From: a candidate division WOR-3 bacterium
GTDB taxonomy: Bacteria > Hydrothermota > Hydrothermia > JBDRYB01
Direction of reading: 5' to 3'
DNA: 63,867 nt
Assembly (NCBI GenBank): GCA_039803205.1
Contig: JBDRYB010000009.1
Location: forward strand, 1 to 63,867
Position numbers and translations under genes: made by a program. Position 1 is the first letter of the stretch; every line of letters starts with the position of its first letter. The notes beneath the pieces are model-generated. The model made no database searches. It saw only the letters and a program-made list of their open reading frames with translations, and was not told where the DNA came from. This document shows, piece by piece, positions 29,508 through 39,390 of this stretch.

Positions 29508-30818
29508 TCAGAAAGTCCCGGCAACCGAGATGTGAAGAAGGCCCCTTTCGCCAGGGCTAGCGCTCCTTGCATACACAGCCTCAAGGCCCAGGCTCTTTCC
29601 TCTCAATCTGAGCCCTCCGCCATATGAGAGCGGTGAGGGCAGATGAGGCTCAGGGCACCAGTCAAGGAATCCGAATGGCGAGAGGGGGCCTATCAGTCCC
29701 GCATCCAAAGAGAGAACCCCATAGTCCTCCACGAAGAACCTCTGCGGCCTATAGCCCCTCGGTGGATGGGGACCCCCTATTTGAAAGAGGTCGGACACGA
29801 GAGCGGCCTCCTGGGCCTGCAGAAGACCTCCTCGCGCGGAGACCCCTGTTGTGAGAAAGGAAAAGGGGATGCGGAGGCTCCCTTCCCAGGATACCCTCTG
29901 CATGGAGGGAGAAAGCCTTGAATCCGCTGATAACAGGAATCCCCTTTCGGGAAATATCCTCGGCCTAAGGCCGGACCATGTCCCTCCGGCTATGACGAAG
30001 AATCCTCTCTGGTTTTTGCCCTCAGGGAGTTCCCGCCCCTCCCGCCAGCTCTGACCAGCCCAAAGCTCCGTTTCACCCGAGAGCCGATACGCGGCCTTGT
30101 AGTATATCTCAGTTGACATGTATAGCGATTCCGCGAAAGCGTATCCCCCGCCCAACTCAAGCCAGATAGGAGTCCCGAGTATCCAAGGCTCCCTATATGA
30201 CCCACTTATGGACTGATTCAGGAGAGAGAACCTCTCCCAGGAAACCCGGGCTCCTCTTCCGGACCCGGCTATGTTCGGCGCTGAGAGCTCCAGGAATCCA
30301 AAGGCTTCGCCGCTGGACGGGTCGTATGCCCCTGAGCCGAGAAGCGTTACCGAAGAGGATGAGCCGCTTCTCAGAACCATAACGAACCCTTTTTCCTGTA
30401 AGGAAAACCCAACGACCTCCATTTCACCGAATCCGAAACCCTCCGCTATGGAGAGGGCTTCTTTCGTCCTCTGGGGGGAATAGGGAAGTCCCAAGACCCC
30501 CGAAAAACATCGCCTCAGTCCAGATGAGGCCTTGGTTCCACTCAGGGATATGTCCCTCGGTATGACCAAAGGCCCTCGCTCCACCATCAGCGTAATTGTA
30601 ACGCTATCCCCCTGAGTCTCAGCGGATATGACCCTCGCCTTAGCGAGGGGAAACCCCCTCTCAGAGCACCAGCCAAGAGCCCTTTCCGTGAGTGTATCCA
30701 CGAGGCCCGGGCTCAGTTCCTTGCCCAATAGGTCATTATACTCAATGGAAGTAGGGCCATCTCCTTGGATAACCAGGCCCGAAAACCAGAGGCCTACAAG
30801 AAAAGATATGACTTCCAC
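29508..30818 (-). CDS. Omp85/TamA-like outer membrane protein (POTRA-like + barrel), divergent
   Basis: RGFPLAKA, PNIAGSGR, YREPWILG, IGG..PPRGY, terminal Phe. Confidence 0.75.
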   Translation of the reverse strand: MEVISFLVGLWFSGLVIQGDGPTSIEYNDLLGKELSPGLVDTLTERALGWCSERGFPLAKARVISAETQGDSVTITLMVERGPLVIPRDISLSGTKASSGLRRCFSGVLGLPYSPQRTKEALSIAEGFGFGEMEVVGFSLQEKGFVMVLRSGSSSSVTLLGSGAYDPSSGEAFGFLELSAPNIAGSGRGARVSWERFSLLNQSISGSYREPWILGTPIWLELGGGYAFAESLYMSTEIYYKAAYRLSGETELWAGQSWREGRELPEGKNQRGFFVIAGGTWSGLRPRIFPERGFLLSADSRLSPSMQRVSWEGSLRIPFSFLTTGVSARGGLLQAQEAALVSDLFQIGGPHPPRGYRPQRFFVEDYGVLSLDAGLIGPLSPFGFLDWCPEPHLPSPLSYGGGLRLRGKSLGLEAVYARSASPGERGLLHISVAGTF

Positions 30819-31321
30819 CTCTCATCCGGGATGGGTATCTGCGACAGCAGGAGATGAATGTGGGATGGTTTCCTGGGCCTTCTCAGAAGCGTGAGGCCTG
30901 CCTCCTCTGGCCTTCTTTCCCCCTTAATGTGGTTGCACGCATGGCACGCGCAAACGAGGTTCTCCCAGTCATCCCTCCCTCCTTGAGACCTGGGGATTAT
31001 GTGATCCACGGTCATGGCCTCCCCCTTGGAACCGCAATATTGGCACGTATATCCGTCCCTCCTAAGGATGTTCCTCTTCGTAAGCGGAAGTTCCCCGCGC
31101 TTCACCTTTACATAGTATTTGAGCCTTATGACCGAGGGCCTTGGAATCGCGATCCGTTCCCCCTTGATCACTTGCCCGTCGCAGCTGTGGACTAGCTCGG
31201 CCTTGCCCAGATAGAGAAGCTCAATTCCCCTTCTTATCGTGCATATATTAAGAGGCTCGTAGCTCCCGTTCAACAGGAGAACAGCCCTCCTCCTCAGTCT
31301 ATTCCCTGAACCTTCCTCCAT
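30794..31321 (-). CDS. HNH endonuclease (McrA-like, zinc-binding)
   Basis: VLLLNGSYEPL, RRDGYTCQYCG, TVDHIIPRSQGG..WENLVCACHACNHIKG; start uncertain. Confidence 0.9.
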   Translation of the reverse strand: MEEGSGNRLRRRAVLLLNGSYEPLNICTIRRGIELLYLGKAELVHSCDGQVIKGERIAIPRPSVIRLKYYVKVKRGELPLTKRNILRRDGYTCQYCGSKGEAMTVDHIIPRSQGGRDDWENLVCACHACNHIKGERRPEEAGLTLLRRPRKPSHIHLLLSQIPIPDERWKSYLFL

Positions 31322-32475
31322 GCCTTGAGTCTGAGCTGCTCCGCTCTCTCCTTCTGTTTTGCCGCGTAGCTGGTCCACCTCGGGTCCCCCGCGGCAATGG
31401 CCTGATTGTAGTAGCTTATTGCCCTGTCATAGTAATCCAGGGACTCCTTGTATTTTTTCTTGCCGCGGAGGCTCTCCGCGTCGTTAAGGCTCATGTCCCC
31501 GAGCATTGAATATGCTGGCCCCTTTATCTCCGGTCTATCACCATCGGGGCAGTTCAGAGCCTTGTTTATCAGCTTTGACGATTCGCCATAGCGCTTTTGC
31601 TCCGCGAGGAACACGGCCATCTTCATATAGACCGAGGCCACCGAATCAGCTATCTCGCACGCCTTTTTGTAATCAGCCTCAGCGTTCTTAGACTTTCCGA
31701 GGCCAGCGTATATGTCCCCGCGCTGGATGTAAAGGATATACTTCGTGGAATCATTCGCTATTAGCCAATTAGAGTGCTCAAGGGCCTTCTTCAGGTTTTC
31801 CTTTCCGCCAACCTTCATGTAGCTCTCCAGGAGCCTTGCGTGCAGTTCCTCGTTGTCCTTAACGGTCTCATAGGCCTTCTCAAGATAAGGTATGGCGGAC
31901 CTGTGATCCCCCCTGTCAACCAGAAAGAGGCCGTATGCCCTGTTTATCGCGGGGTTCTCCGGATCGTTTGCTAGCGCGTCCCGGTAAATCGAATCAGCCT
32001 CAGCCTTCCTTCCGGCCTGCTCGTAGACCTTTGCGAGGCCAAACCTGGCATCGTTGTTGTTCGGGTCAAGTTCCAGGGCCTTGTGGTAATAAACGCTTGC
32101 CTGCTCTATGTCTTTCTTGACTATACCATACATGAAGCCAAGGCCCTGCCAGCCTCGGGTGTCCTTGGGGTCTATCTTGGCAATAGCCTGGTAAGCCATC
32201 TCAGCGGAGTCCACGAGCCCTTTCTGGATGTATGCCCAGCCAAGGTCAACATATATGTCCGTGAATGAGGAATCGTAGCCAAGGGCCCTCTGGAAGTTCT
32301 CTATCGCCTTGTCGTAATTGCCCTTGTTTATCAGGTAGTCTTTCCCTATTGAATACCAGACCTTCGCGGAGTCCCTCGCCACATCCGGAGGAAGCTTGAT
32401 CCTCACGGGCTCTTTTGGGCCAGGGGTGCAAGAGACAACCAGGGCAACTCCAGATAAAATCGTCCAAAACCTCAT
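31294..32475 (-). CDS. TPR-repeat lipoprotein
   Basis: LVVSC lipobox; multiple TPRs (AIENFQRALGYD, YYHKALELDPNN). Confidence 0.88.
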   Translation of the reverse strand: MRFWTILSGVALVVSCTPGPKEPVRIKLPPDVARDSAKVWYSIGKDYLINKGNYDKAIENFQRALGYDSSFTDIYVDLGWAYIQKGLVDSAEMAYQAIAKIDPKDTRGWQGLGFMYGIVKKDIEQASVYYHKALELDPNNNDARFGLAKVYEQAGRKAEADSIYRDALANDPENPAINRAYGLFLVDRGDHRSAIPYLEKAYETVKDNEELHARLLESYMKVGGKENLKKALEHSNWLIANDSTKYILYIQRGDIYAGLGKSKNAEADYKKACEIADSVASVYMKMAVFLAEQKRYGESSKLINKALNCPDGDRPEIKGPAYSMLGDMSLNDAESLRGKKKYKESLDYYDRAISYYNQAIAAGDPRWTSYAAKQKERAEQLRLKAWRKVQGID

Positions 32476-32686
32476 GTTCACCTTTCCGTTTCCCGCAAAT
32501 TTTAAGGCCACGGCTCGTGGTTTTTCAAACCCAATGCTCTCTCATTCCCTCGGGTCTTGCCTGGGCCTAGGTTCAGGCCCTTGATCTTCCGGCATAAAAC
32601 CATTATTAAATATACTGGATGAAGAGGCTTGGAGGATTGCAGAGGAGCAAGGCCTTGATCCATAATTTCACAAGGAGGCAAAGCCA

Positions 32687-33823
32687 ATGAATGGAACCAG
32701 AAAAAGGATAAACGCTTTGGCGGGATACAAAGCGGGGGGCCCGGTGGTCTCGCTCTATTTGAAGCTGGGTCCCCAGGATCGCGCTGGGTCCAATTACAAG
32801 ATAACCTTCAAAAACCTGCTCAGGACCCAGATGGAGCGGCTGGAAGATAGAGGCTTCTCAAAGGCTGATATTGAAAAAGCAAAAAGACTGATGGCAAAGG
32901 TCAAGGATTTCCTGGACTCGCCGAAAAACCTGGAGGGTTGTGGGGCAATCGCTCTGTTCGCTGGGGATAACCTGTTTGAGGTTTTCAAGCTACCATATGG
33001 CTACATGGATAGGATGGTTGTGGATGCCAATCCCCTGATCAGGGGCCTCGTTGCCATGACCGAAGAAATGGGCACGATCTACGCTGTTGCCCTGGACAGC
33101 AAGATAGCGAAATTCTTCAGGGCTGAGGCCGCGGAGGTTGAAGAGGCAGGGGAGATGAAGGCCGCAGAGGCGGGGACATTATCGGGTGAAAGGCCCGGAA
33201 TGGCTCGGAGCAGGGGAAATGCCTTCTCGGCTCACAGTTTTGACACGAAACAGCGCGTCCTAAGGGACGAGGCCCAGAGGTTCTACAAGGCCGTTGCTGA
33301 TAGGCTCTTTGAGATTTACAAAAGGGAGCGTTTTGATTGGCTCGTGCTAGCAGGCCCGGGCAGGGAAGACCTCGTGAATCACCTCCATCCCTTCCTCTCC
33401 GAGAGGTTATTGGGAATGGCTTCCTGGGACATCAAGAGCCTCAATCATAACCGGATAAAGGAAACCATAGCCGAGCTCATGGAGGCGAAGAAATCTGCCT
33501 GGGAGGAAGAGGTTCTGGAGGAGTTCAGGGCAAAGAAAGGGGTTGAGCTCGCGACCTCGGGCATTGAGAGGACTCTGGAGGCCCTGCACAACGGCCAAAT
33601 ACGCACCCTAATCGTGAGGAGGGGGTTCTCGGTTCCTGGTTTCAGGAAGCCGGACGGGAGCCTATCCCTATCAAAACACGACGGGGCTGTCCCGGTGCCG
33701 GATATGGTTGACGAGATGATGGAGGAATGCCTCGCGCAGGGGGCTGAGGTCTTCGTGACCCAGAAGGAGGAGCTTGCCAGGGAGGTTGAGAACATAGGTG
33801 CTATACTGAGGTTTAAGCTGTGA
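32687..33823 (+). CDS. Bacterial aeRF1/Pelota-like (baeRF, Balon-related) protein
   Basis: VVSLYL N-domain; WLVLAGP; GIERTLEALHNGQIRTLIV; IGAILRF C-terminus; no GGQ. Confidence 0.82.
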   Translation: MNGTRKRINALAGYKAGGPVVSLYLKLGPQDRAGSNYKITFKNLLRTQMERLEDRGFSKADIEKAKRLMAKVKDFLDSPKNLEGCGAIALFAGDNLFEVFKLPYGYMDRMVVDANPLIRGLVAMTEEMGTIYAVALDSKIAKFFRAEAAEVEEAGEMKAAEAGTLSGERPGMARSRGNAFSAHSFDTKQRVLRDEAQRFYKAVADRLFEIYKRERFDWLVLAGPGREDLVNHLHPFLSERLLGMASWDIKSLNHNRIKETIAELMEAKKSAWEEEVLEEFRAKKGVELATSGIERTLEALHNGQIRTLIVRRGFSVPGFRKPDGSLSLSKHDGAVPVPDMVDEMMEECLAQGAEVFVTQKEELAREVENIGAILRFKL

Positions 33824-35076
33824 GAGACCCTGCCAAATTGTTGGGTTTTGGGGTTGCTATTATAGCTTTTTTCATGGTTGTGTTTCACTATGGTTGGATG
33901 TCCCCGATTTCAATAGGCCCACCGCTCCACTATGTGATAGCGGCTTCCGCGCTTTTCATAGTGGCTACGGTTTCCTTCGGTTCGCTTCCGCTATCCCCCT
34001 CTGAGAAAAGGGGGTTTGTTCTGGATGGATTTTTCCTGGCCTTTTTGGGGATCGTTATCCTTTCGGCCCTGATAGGACTCAACAACGACAACGAGCTCAG
34101 GGCTGTCGCGCTGGAAACCGCTATACTCTCCCTTTACGGCTCATACTGGCTTGTTTCCAGGTTCGGGCCACGGGGAACATGGATGGGCATGGCCCTTTTT
34201 ATAGCGCTCCTTTGTGCCAGCACCATAGTAGCAGGGGAATTCCTTTACATATACAGGTTCTATGGCGTCAGCAGGGTGATGAGCGAGCAGACATGCATGA
34301 CCATGTGGGGGTTTTTCATGGGAATGAACTACCTGATACTCCTCCGCGGGAGGCCGAGGTGGGAAAAGTTTCTCGTTCTACTTGGGACGGGTGCGGCTCT
34401 TTTCACGGTTGTAGCCGCAATGCAGAGAACGGTTTGGTTAGCTGTTGCCATCCTTTTGCCTTTGAATCTCACCCTTCTCTGGGCCGTGAAATCCATGAGC
34501 ACCAGGACATTCCTGCTCTCGCTGTTTGGGATTCTGGGGGGCGCGGCCCTCATCCTTCTGATGATCTATCTCTCGCCTCTGAGGTGGACCATAGAGCTGT
34601 TCTACGGCAGGTTCACCAGTCTGGCATACGGGGTGACCGACCCATCTCTGAGGCTCCGATATCTGGATTCCATCACAGCCATGAAGTTGTTCGCGCGCTC
34701 GCCCATCTTCGGCCTGGGCATTGGCACCCCGATATGGATACGCTGGAGCAAAGAAGTGGTCCCCATAATGGACAACTCCTTCCTCGTTTTTCTGTGGAAG
34801 ACCGGCATCGTCGGAACATTTGCCTTTCTCCTTTTTTACCTTGCTGGGCTCTCTCTGGCGATAAGGGGCTTTTTCAAAACCGCCGAGAGGGAAAAGGGGT
34901 TCATATACCTGGGGGTGATCCTGCTTCTGACCGGTTCCTTTATCGTTGGCCTCACTGGCTCCATATTGTATTTTTACCGCTTCAGCTTCATCCTGGGCGC
35001 TGGGATGGGCTGTCTTGCGTTGATGGAGGACAGTTCGGTCCTCAGGCCTCCTTCCTCCCGATCTTCAGGTAGCTGA
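33820..35076 (+). CDS. O-antigen ligase/polymerase (Wzy/WaaL-like) membrane protein
   Basis: Many TM helices; QRTVWLA; SLRLR...SPIFGLGIG...MDNSFL..LWKTGIVG. Confidence 0.8.
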   Translation: MRDPAKLLGFGVAIIAFFMVVFHYGWMSPISIGPPLHYVIAASALFIVATVSFGSLPLSPSEKRGFVLDGFFLAFLGIVILSALIGLNNDNELRAVALETAILSLYGSYWLVSRFGPRGTWMGMALFIALLCASTIVAGEFLYIYRFYGVSRVMSEQTCMTMWGFFMGMNYLILLRGRPRWEKFLVLLGTGAALFTVVAAMQRTVWLAVAILLPLNLTLLWAVKSMSTRTFLLSLFGILGGAALILLMIYLSPLRWTIELFYGRFTSLAYGVTDPSLRLRYLDSITAMKLFARSPIFGLGIGTPIWIRWSKEVVPIMDNSFLVFLWKTGIVGTFAFLLFYLAGLSLAIRGFFKTAEREKGFIYLGVILLLTGSFIVGLTGSILYFYRFSFILGAGMGCLALMEDSSVLRPPSSRSSGS

Positions 35077-35803
35077 GGCCGTTTTTCAGGGGCCCCATGG
35101 GCAAAAGGGAGGTGATCATCATCACGGAAAACCAGATAATGGTTCCCCTTACGCCTCTCGCATAGAAGAGGGGCCAGTGTCCCGCCGGGAGGGTTTCCAC
35201 GCTCTTAATGCCGCAGTGCTTGAAGATGTATTCAAGCTCTGGTTCGGTTATGGGATTTATGTGGCCGGTCCGAGGGCCGAGTGTGCCCGGAATAGCTGAT
35301 GCATCAAAGGGGAACAGCATGAACTTGCCCTTGAGCAGGAAGAGCATTCTCGAATACCTGTTTGAGACATTTGGGGCTGTCACGAAGAGCCATCCGCCCG
35401 GTTTGAGAATGGCCTTAGCCAGGCCCACCATTCTCCAAGGATCGGTCAAATGCTCTATTATCTCTATGGCAATGACCCCGTCAAATGATCCGGCAAACTC
35501 CTTTGCAATCCTTTCGGTATCAGCCGGGTCGCTGAGATCGCACCTCACCAGGTATTCCTTCGGAGGAACGAAACCCTCGGGGTTTATATCAAACGCGATG
35601 GGCCTGTATCCCTCATCGAGGAGGCGTTGGGTCATGGCCCCCTCTCCAGCACCGAGGTCAGCTATTCTTGAACCAGGCTCTAAGCGCTCTCTCAGCCTGG
35701 CGAAAACCTCCTCGTGTAGCCCCCTCCAAGCGGAGATGTTTATGCCCTTGTATTGCCTCTTTGTGTCCCTGTAAATTAGAACCCTTTTCACTGAGAGCCT
35801 CAT
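35042..35803 (-). CDS. Class I SAM-dependent methyltransferase
   Basis: IADLGAGEG; FDGVIAIEIIEHL; LKPGGWLFVTAPN. Confidence 0.9.
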   Translation of the reverse strand: MRLSVKRVLIYRDTKRQYKGINISAWRGLHEEVFARLRERLEPGSRIADLGAGEGAMTQRLLDEGYRPIAFDINPEGFVPPKEYLVRCDLSDPADTERIAKEFAGSFDGVIAIEIIEHLTDPWRMVGLAKAILKPGGWLFVTAPNVSNRYSRMLFLLKGKFMLFPFDASAIPGTLGPRTGHINPITEPELEYIFKHCGIKSVETLPAGHWPLFYARGVRGTIIWFSVMMITSLLPMGPLKNGLSYLKIGRKEA

Positions 35804-35887
35804 AGTATATCTGGGTTAGGGATGGTGGCGCAAGGGCGGGTTCTCGGATTTTGATCCTCCCCAAACCCCTGGATTATCATTTCCCCC

Positions 35888-37294
35888 TTGAGGAGATGGT
35901 ATCCTTTGCTCCTTTTGGCCATAACCATTATGGCCGGCCTTCCCTATTTTCGGCAGTTCCAGGGCGACAGCTATATCCACTACCAGTATGCCGCGAACCT
36001 GGCCAGAGGCATGTTCATGCAGTTCAACCCAGGAGAACCCTCCGGCGGCACAACAGCGCCTTTGTGGACAATAATGCTATCCGGCCTTTACTTCCTCACT
36101 GGGAAGGGTTTCATGGACATAGGGGCAAAGATCCTGGGCCTTCTCTTCGCTTTTGGCACTGGCCTCATCCTCTTCAGGCTGATCAGGGAGTTCTGGCCCC
36201 CTGAGCCCGAGGATTACCTGGTTCCGTTCCTTCTCGTTCTCGATCCATACTACATGTTCTGGGCAGGTTCTGGCATGGAGGCTGCGGCCGCGGCGTTCGC
36301 CCTCGCGCTGGGATTATTCCTCTTCATGAAAAAACGAAACTGGCTCTGCGGCCTTGTCATGGGCCTCGCTTTGCTCCTGAGACCGGAGCTTCTCATTGTG
36401 AGCCTGTTTTTCGTCATAATGAGGCCGAAGGCCATCATCAAGCTCCTTTTCCCCGGCTTGTTTTTCTGCTCATTATATTACGGGTTAATATACGCATCAA
36501 CCATGACCCCATTCCCAGCCTCATGGGAAACCCGCAGGGTCCAAGCCGCTTTCACGGAATACGCTTTGCCCCTCGGCATAACAGGTTTCACTGGCCTCAG
36601 CCTTTATTACATATTCGCCGCGCACATGCCCTTGGCCGTGACCGCCCTCTTTGCATACAAATGGAGGCTCTGGGTCGCTTGGGTCATAATAGCTTTCTTC
36701 GTTATCTTCTACACCATTGTCGTTCCGACCGCCTATGGCATGAGATACATCGTGCCCGCTATACCCCTTCTGGTTCTCTTGGGGACAATAGGCGGAAGGC
36801 GCGTTGGGCTTAGAACACGGTATCTCCTCTTGCTCATGATCCCCTTTTGGGCGTTTGGGTTCGTCAGAAAGATGAGGAATGTGGTCTACACCTCCTACGG
36901 GAGGAACTATTACGCAACGGCTGGCGAGTGGCTCAAGCAAAATACTCCCCCTGATGTCCTATTGGTCGCGAAGGAGGTGCAGATAGCTTGGTTCGCTGAC
37001 AGGAGGGTCCTTTCGGTTGATGGGGTGACTGATGGAAGGGTTAGTCCTTACATAAAGAAAGGCGACGACCTCTCCGGCTTCTTCAAGGACTACAAACCGG
37101 ATTACATGGTCGGCCTGCCGGATGTGACGAAGAACAGCTGGACGAGGAGGACGATCCTGAGGAGGGTCTTTGAGGCGGGGATCGCGGAGATACTCGCGGG
37201 AAGGACGCCGGATATGGTGATAGAGGGAATAGGTTTCAGACTGGTCGCGCCGGGGATATACAAGCTGGATTACACGGAGAACGATAAGGAATGA
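35888..37294 (+). CDS. GT-C fold membrane glycosyltransferase (ArnT/PMT-like)
   Basis: GDSYIHYQYAANLARG..FNPGE..GGTTAPLW; SGME; LLRPE. Confidence 0.75.
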   Translation: MRRWYPLLLLAITIMAGLPYFRQFQGDSYIHYQYAANLARGMFMQFNPGEPSGGTTAPLWTIMLSGLYFLTGKGFMDIGAKILGLLFAFGTGLILFRLIREFWPPEPEDYLVPFLLVLDPYYMFWAGSGMEAAAAAFALALGLFLFMKKRNWLCGLVMGLALLLRPELLIVSLFFVIMRPKAIIKLLFPGLFFCSLYYGLIYASTMTPFPASWETRRVQAAFTEYALPLGITGFTGLSLYYIFAAHMPLAVTALFAYKWRLWVAWVIIAFFVIFYTIVVPTAYGMRYIVPAIPLLVLLGTIGGRRVGLRTRYLLLLMIPFWAFGFVRKMRNVVYTSYGRNYYATAGEWLKQNTPPDVLLVAKEVQIAWFADRRVLSVDGVTDGRVSPYIKKGDDLSGFFKDYKPDYMVGLPDVTKNSWTRRTILRRVFEAGIAEILAGRTPDMVIEGIGFRLVAPGIYKLDYTENDKE

Positions 37295-37300
37295 GCGCTT

Positions 37301-38011
37301 TTACCTGGACCTATAGGTTATTTCCTCCATCATCTCCACCTGCATCTCCTGGATCTCAAGGAGTCTCTGCCACTGGTATGTCAGAAGGTGATCCAGCTTC
37401 TCATGCAGGTTGCGGATCTCCAGTTCAGCCTTCAGGTTGACCTGATAATCGTGCTGTAAGTGGAGCCTGTCCCTTGCTTCTTGACGGTTCTGGCTCATCA
37501 GTATGATGGGGGCCTGGATGGCCGCGAGACAGGACAGTATTAGGTTCAGGAGGATGAACGGGTAGGGGTCAAAGGGTCGCCACAGGAACACTACGGAATT
37601 CAAGGTTATCCAAGCAAAGAGCACCCCAATGAAAGTTCCGATGAATGCCCAGCTCCCCCCAAACGAGGCTATCCTGTCGGCCATGCGCTGGCCAATTGTC
37701 AGGTTCTCATTGTATTCCTCGTTTATGTTGCGGACTATGAGGTCCTGCTCCTTAAGCTTCTCTAGGACCTCCTCCTCCAACCTGGTGAGCCTGCCCATCT
37801 CCTCCTCCAGGATCCCCCGGACATATTCGGCCCTCAGACGATTGAGATCAGCGAGGCAAATAAAACCCTCAGGAGACCATTCCGGGTGCCTTTGCCTAGC
37901 GAATTCCAGGAGGGGGCCGTGGATCATGTCTGCGGGGACGACCTCGCCCGGCCTCTTCTCTTCGCCACAAAAACCACAGGTAATGGTTCTTTTCTCTGCA
38001 CGCTTTTTCAT
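37301..38011 (-). CDS. DUF1003 membrane protein
   Basis: ADRIASFGGSW; FDPYPFILLNL; QAPIILMSQNRQ; NLKAELEI. Confidence 0.92.
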   Translation of the reverse strand: MKKRAEKRTITCGFCGEEKRPGEVVPADMIHGPLLEFARQRHPEWSPEGFICLADLNRLRAEYVRGILEEEMGRLTRLEEEVLEKLKEQDLIVRNINEEYNENLTIGQRMADRIASFGGSWAFIGTFIGVLFAWITLNSVVFLWRPFDPYPFILLNLILSCLAAIQAPIILMSQNRQEARDRLHLQHDYQVNLKAELEIRNLHEKLDHLLTYQWQRLLEIQEMQVEMMEEITYRSR

Positions 38012-38073
38012 GAGGGTAATTATAGCCTTTTCTGTGGTTGAAGGGCAAGTGCAACCTGGTTTAACATTTCGCT

Positions 38074-38634
38074 ATGAGGAAGATCTGTTTGCTTGTTCTG
38101 TGCTTCCTGGCATGTGCTCCCAGGATGGACGAGCACTTCCTGAAATACGAGACATATCCAGCCCTTTCATCAAAGGCGAGCTGGAGGCTGATCGTCATGC
38201 CTCCAGTTGGCTACATGCAGTATTCAGAACTGCCGAAAGAGCCTTACGGCAGGTTCTGGGTTTATCTTACCGGTGCCCTAGCCAGCACTGGGAGATTCCA
38301 GATCGTTTCCTCTGACACAATAGCCATTAGGGCCAAGATAACGGAGAAAACGCCCGGATGGGAGAACTTCCCGGAGCCAGGAACCGCGAAGGCCGTTGGT
38401 TTTGAAATGGGGGCTGAGGCGGTCTGCGTGGTTGAGATAAATGAGATAAAGATAGGCTACAGGCACAACGATCCCGCTGAGCCCATGTATTACGAGACGG
38501 TCATAAAGCTCAAGATATTTGACACTGGAAAGGGCGATTTGCTCTACAACGCGACCGCGAGGGGGATCTTTTACGAGGATCTGGCTGGTTCGCTGAATCA
38601 GGCCGCGGACAACGCCCTTAAGCCTTTGAAATAG
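38074..38634 (+). CDS. Hypothetical lipoprotein (possibly CsgG/LpoB-like fold)
   Basis: MRK...FLAC lipobox; STGRFQIV, IKLKIFDTGKGDLLY. Confidence 0.7.
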   Translation: MRKICLLVLCFLACAPRMDEHFLKYETYPALSSKASWRLIVMPPVGYMQYSELPKEPYGRFWVYLTGALASTGRFQIVSSDTIAIRAKITEKTPGWENFPEPGTAKAVGFEMGAEAVCVVEINEIKIGYRHNDPAEPMYYETVIKLKIFDTGKGDLLYNATARGIFYEDLAGSLNQAADNALKPLK

Positions 38635-38724
38635 GGCAATCCCCTTTCTCATCCCACAAACCTTATCCTACAAAGATGCCGTTTTTCGTTGTATTTGCCC
38701 AAGGAATTGTCTTATCATTTGGCC

Positions 38725-39387
38725 ATGCGGAGATTCCTTTTCTTCGTCTGCCTTTCGTGCTCTCTGAATTCCTTTCACAACCCCAGGGCACTTGGAGAGA
38801 CAGAGGCTACGGTCGGGGTTTCCTGGACGAGCTTCCCGATCAAGGAGGAAAGGGAATACCAAAATCCCACAGTGAAGCCCGACACCATTTTGCGGATCCT
38901 GGGTTTCCCGATGTTCTGGCTCAGATACGGGCTCGTCCGAGGGACAGAGCTCGGTATGGGGGTTGCTGTTTTTCGCTATAAGCCCATTGACACGGATGAA
39001 TATGTGATGTCAATACTCGCCTGCCCATACATAAAACGGGAGCTGATAACTGCAGGCCCATTCATGGGGTCGGGGTTCATAGAGGGAGGCGCTGGCACAG
39101 GAAGGTTCTTCATAGCAGGTTCAGATTCCTCATACGACACATCGTCATCAGCATACTATGGCTCATTGGGGATCATTCCAGGACTGGTTTTTGACAACTG
39201 GGAGTTCGGGTTATCGGCGAAATACACCTTTGGCTATGTTCCAGGCTTGGCGAGGGCTGGGTATGTTTCTCTGGGCCCTGGCGCTTCTTTCAGATGGTCA
39301 GACCACAGGGTATACATGGAAGGTGCAGTTCATTATGCAGGAGGCGACCTGATGTCCGTATCAGGAGGGGGAGGATTTGATTTTTAA
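38725..39387 (+). CDS. Hypothetical lipoprotein / small outer membrane beta-barrel
   Basis: MRR...CLSC lipobox; Gly/aromatic-rich strands; terminal FDF. Confidence 0.65.
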   Translation: MRRFLFFVCLSCSLNSFHNPRALGETEATVGVSWTSFPIKEEREYQNPTVKPDTILRILGFPMFWLRYGLVRGTELGMGVAVFRYKPIDTDEYVMSILACPYIKRELITAGPFMGSGFIEGGAGTGRFFIAGSDSSYDTSSSAYYGSLGIIPGLVFDNWEFGLSAKYTFGYVPGLARAGYVSLGPGASFRWSDHRVYMEGAVHYAGGDLMSVSGGGGFDF

Positions 39388-39390
39388 GCC

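Noticed and set aside
34179..35072. 297-aa alternative-frame ORF and many similar shadow ORFs (e.g. 37629..38315, 40651..41241, 16209..16700)
   Set aside because: They overlap well-supported genes, show no motifs, and are expected from codon bias
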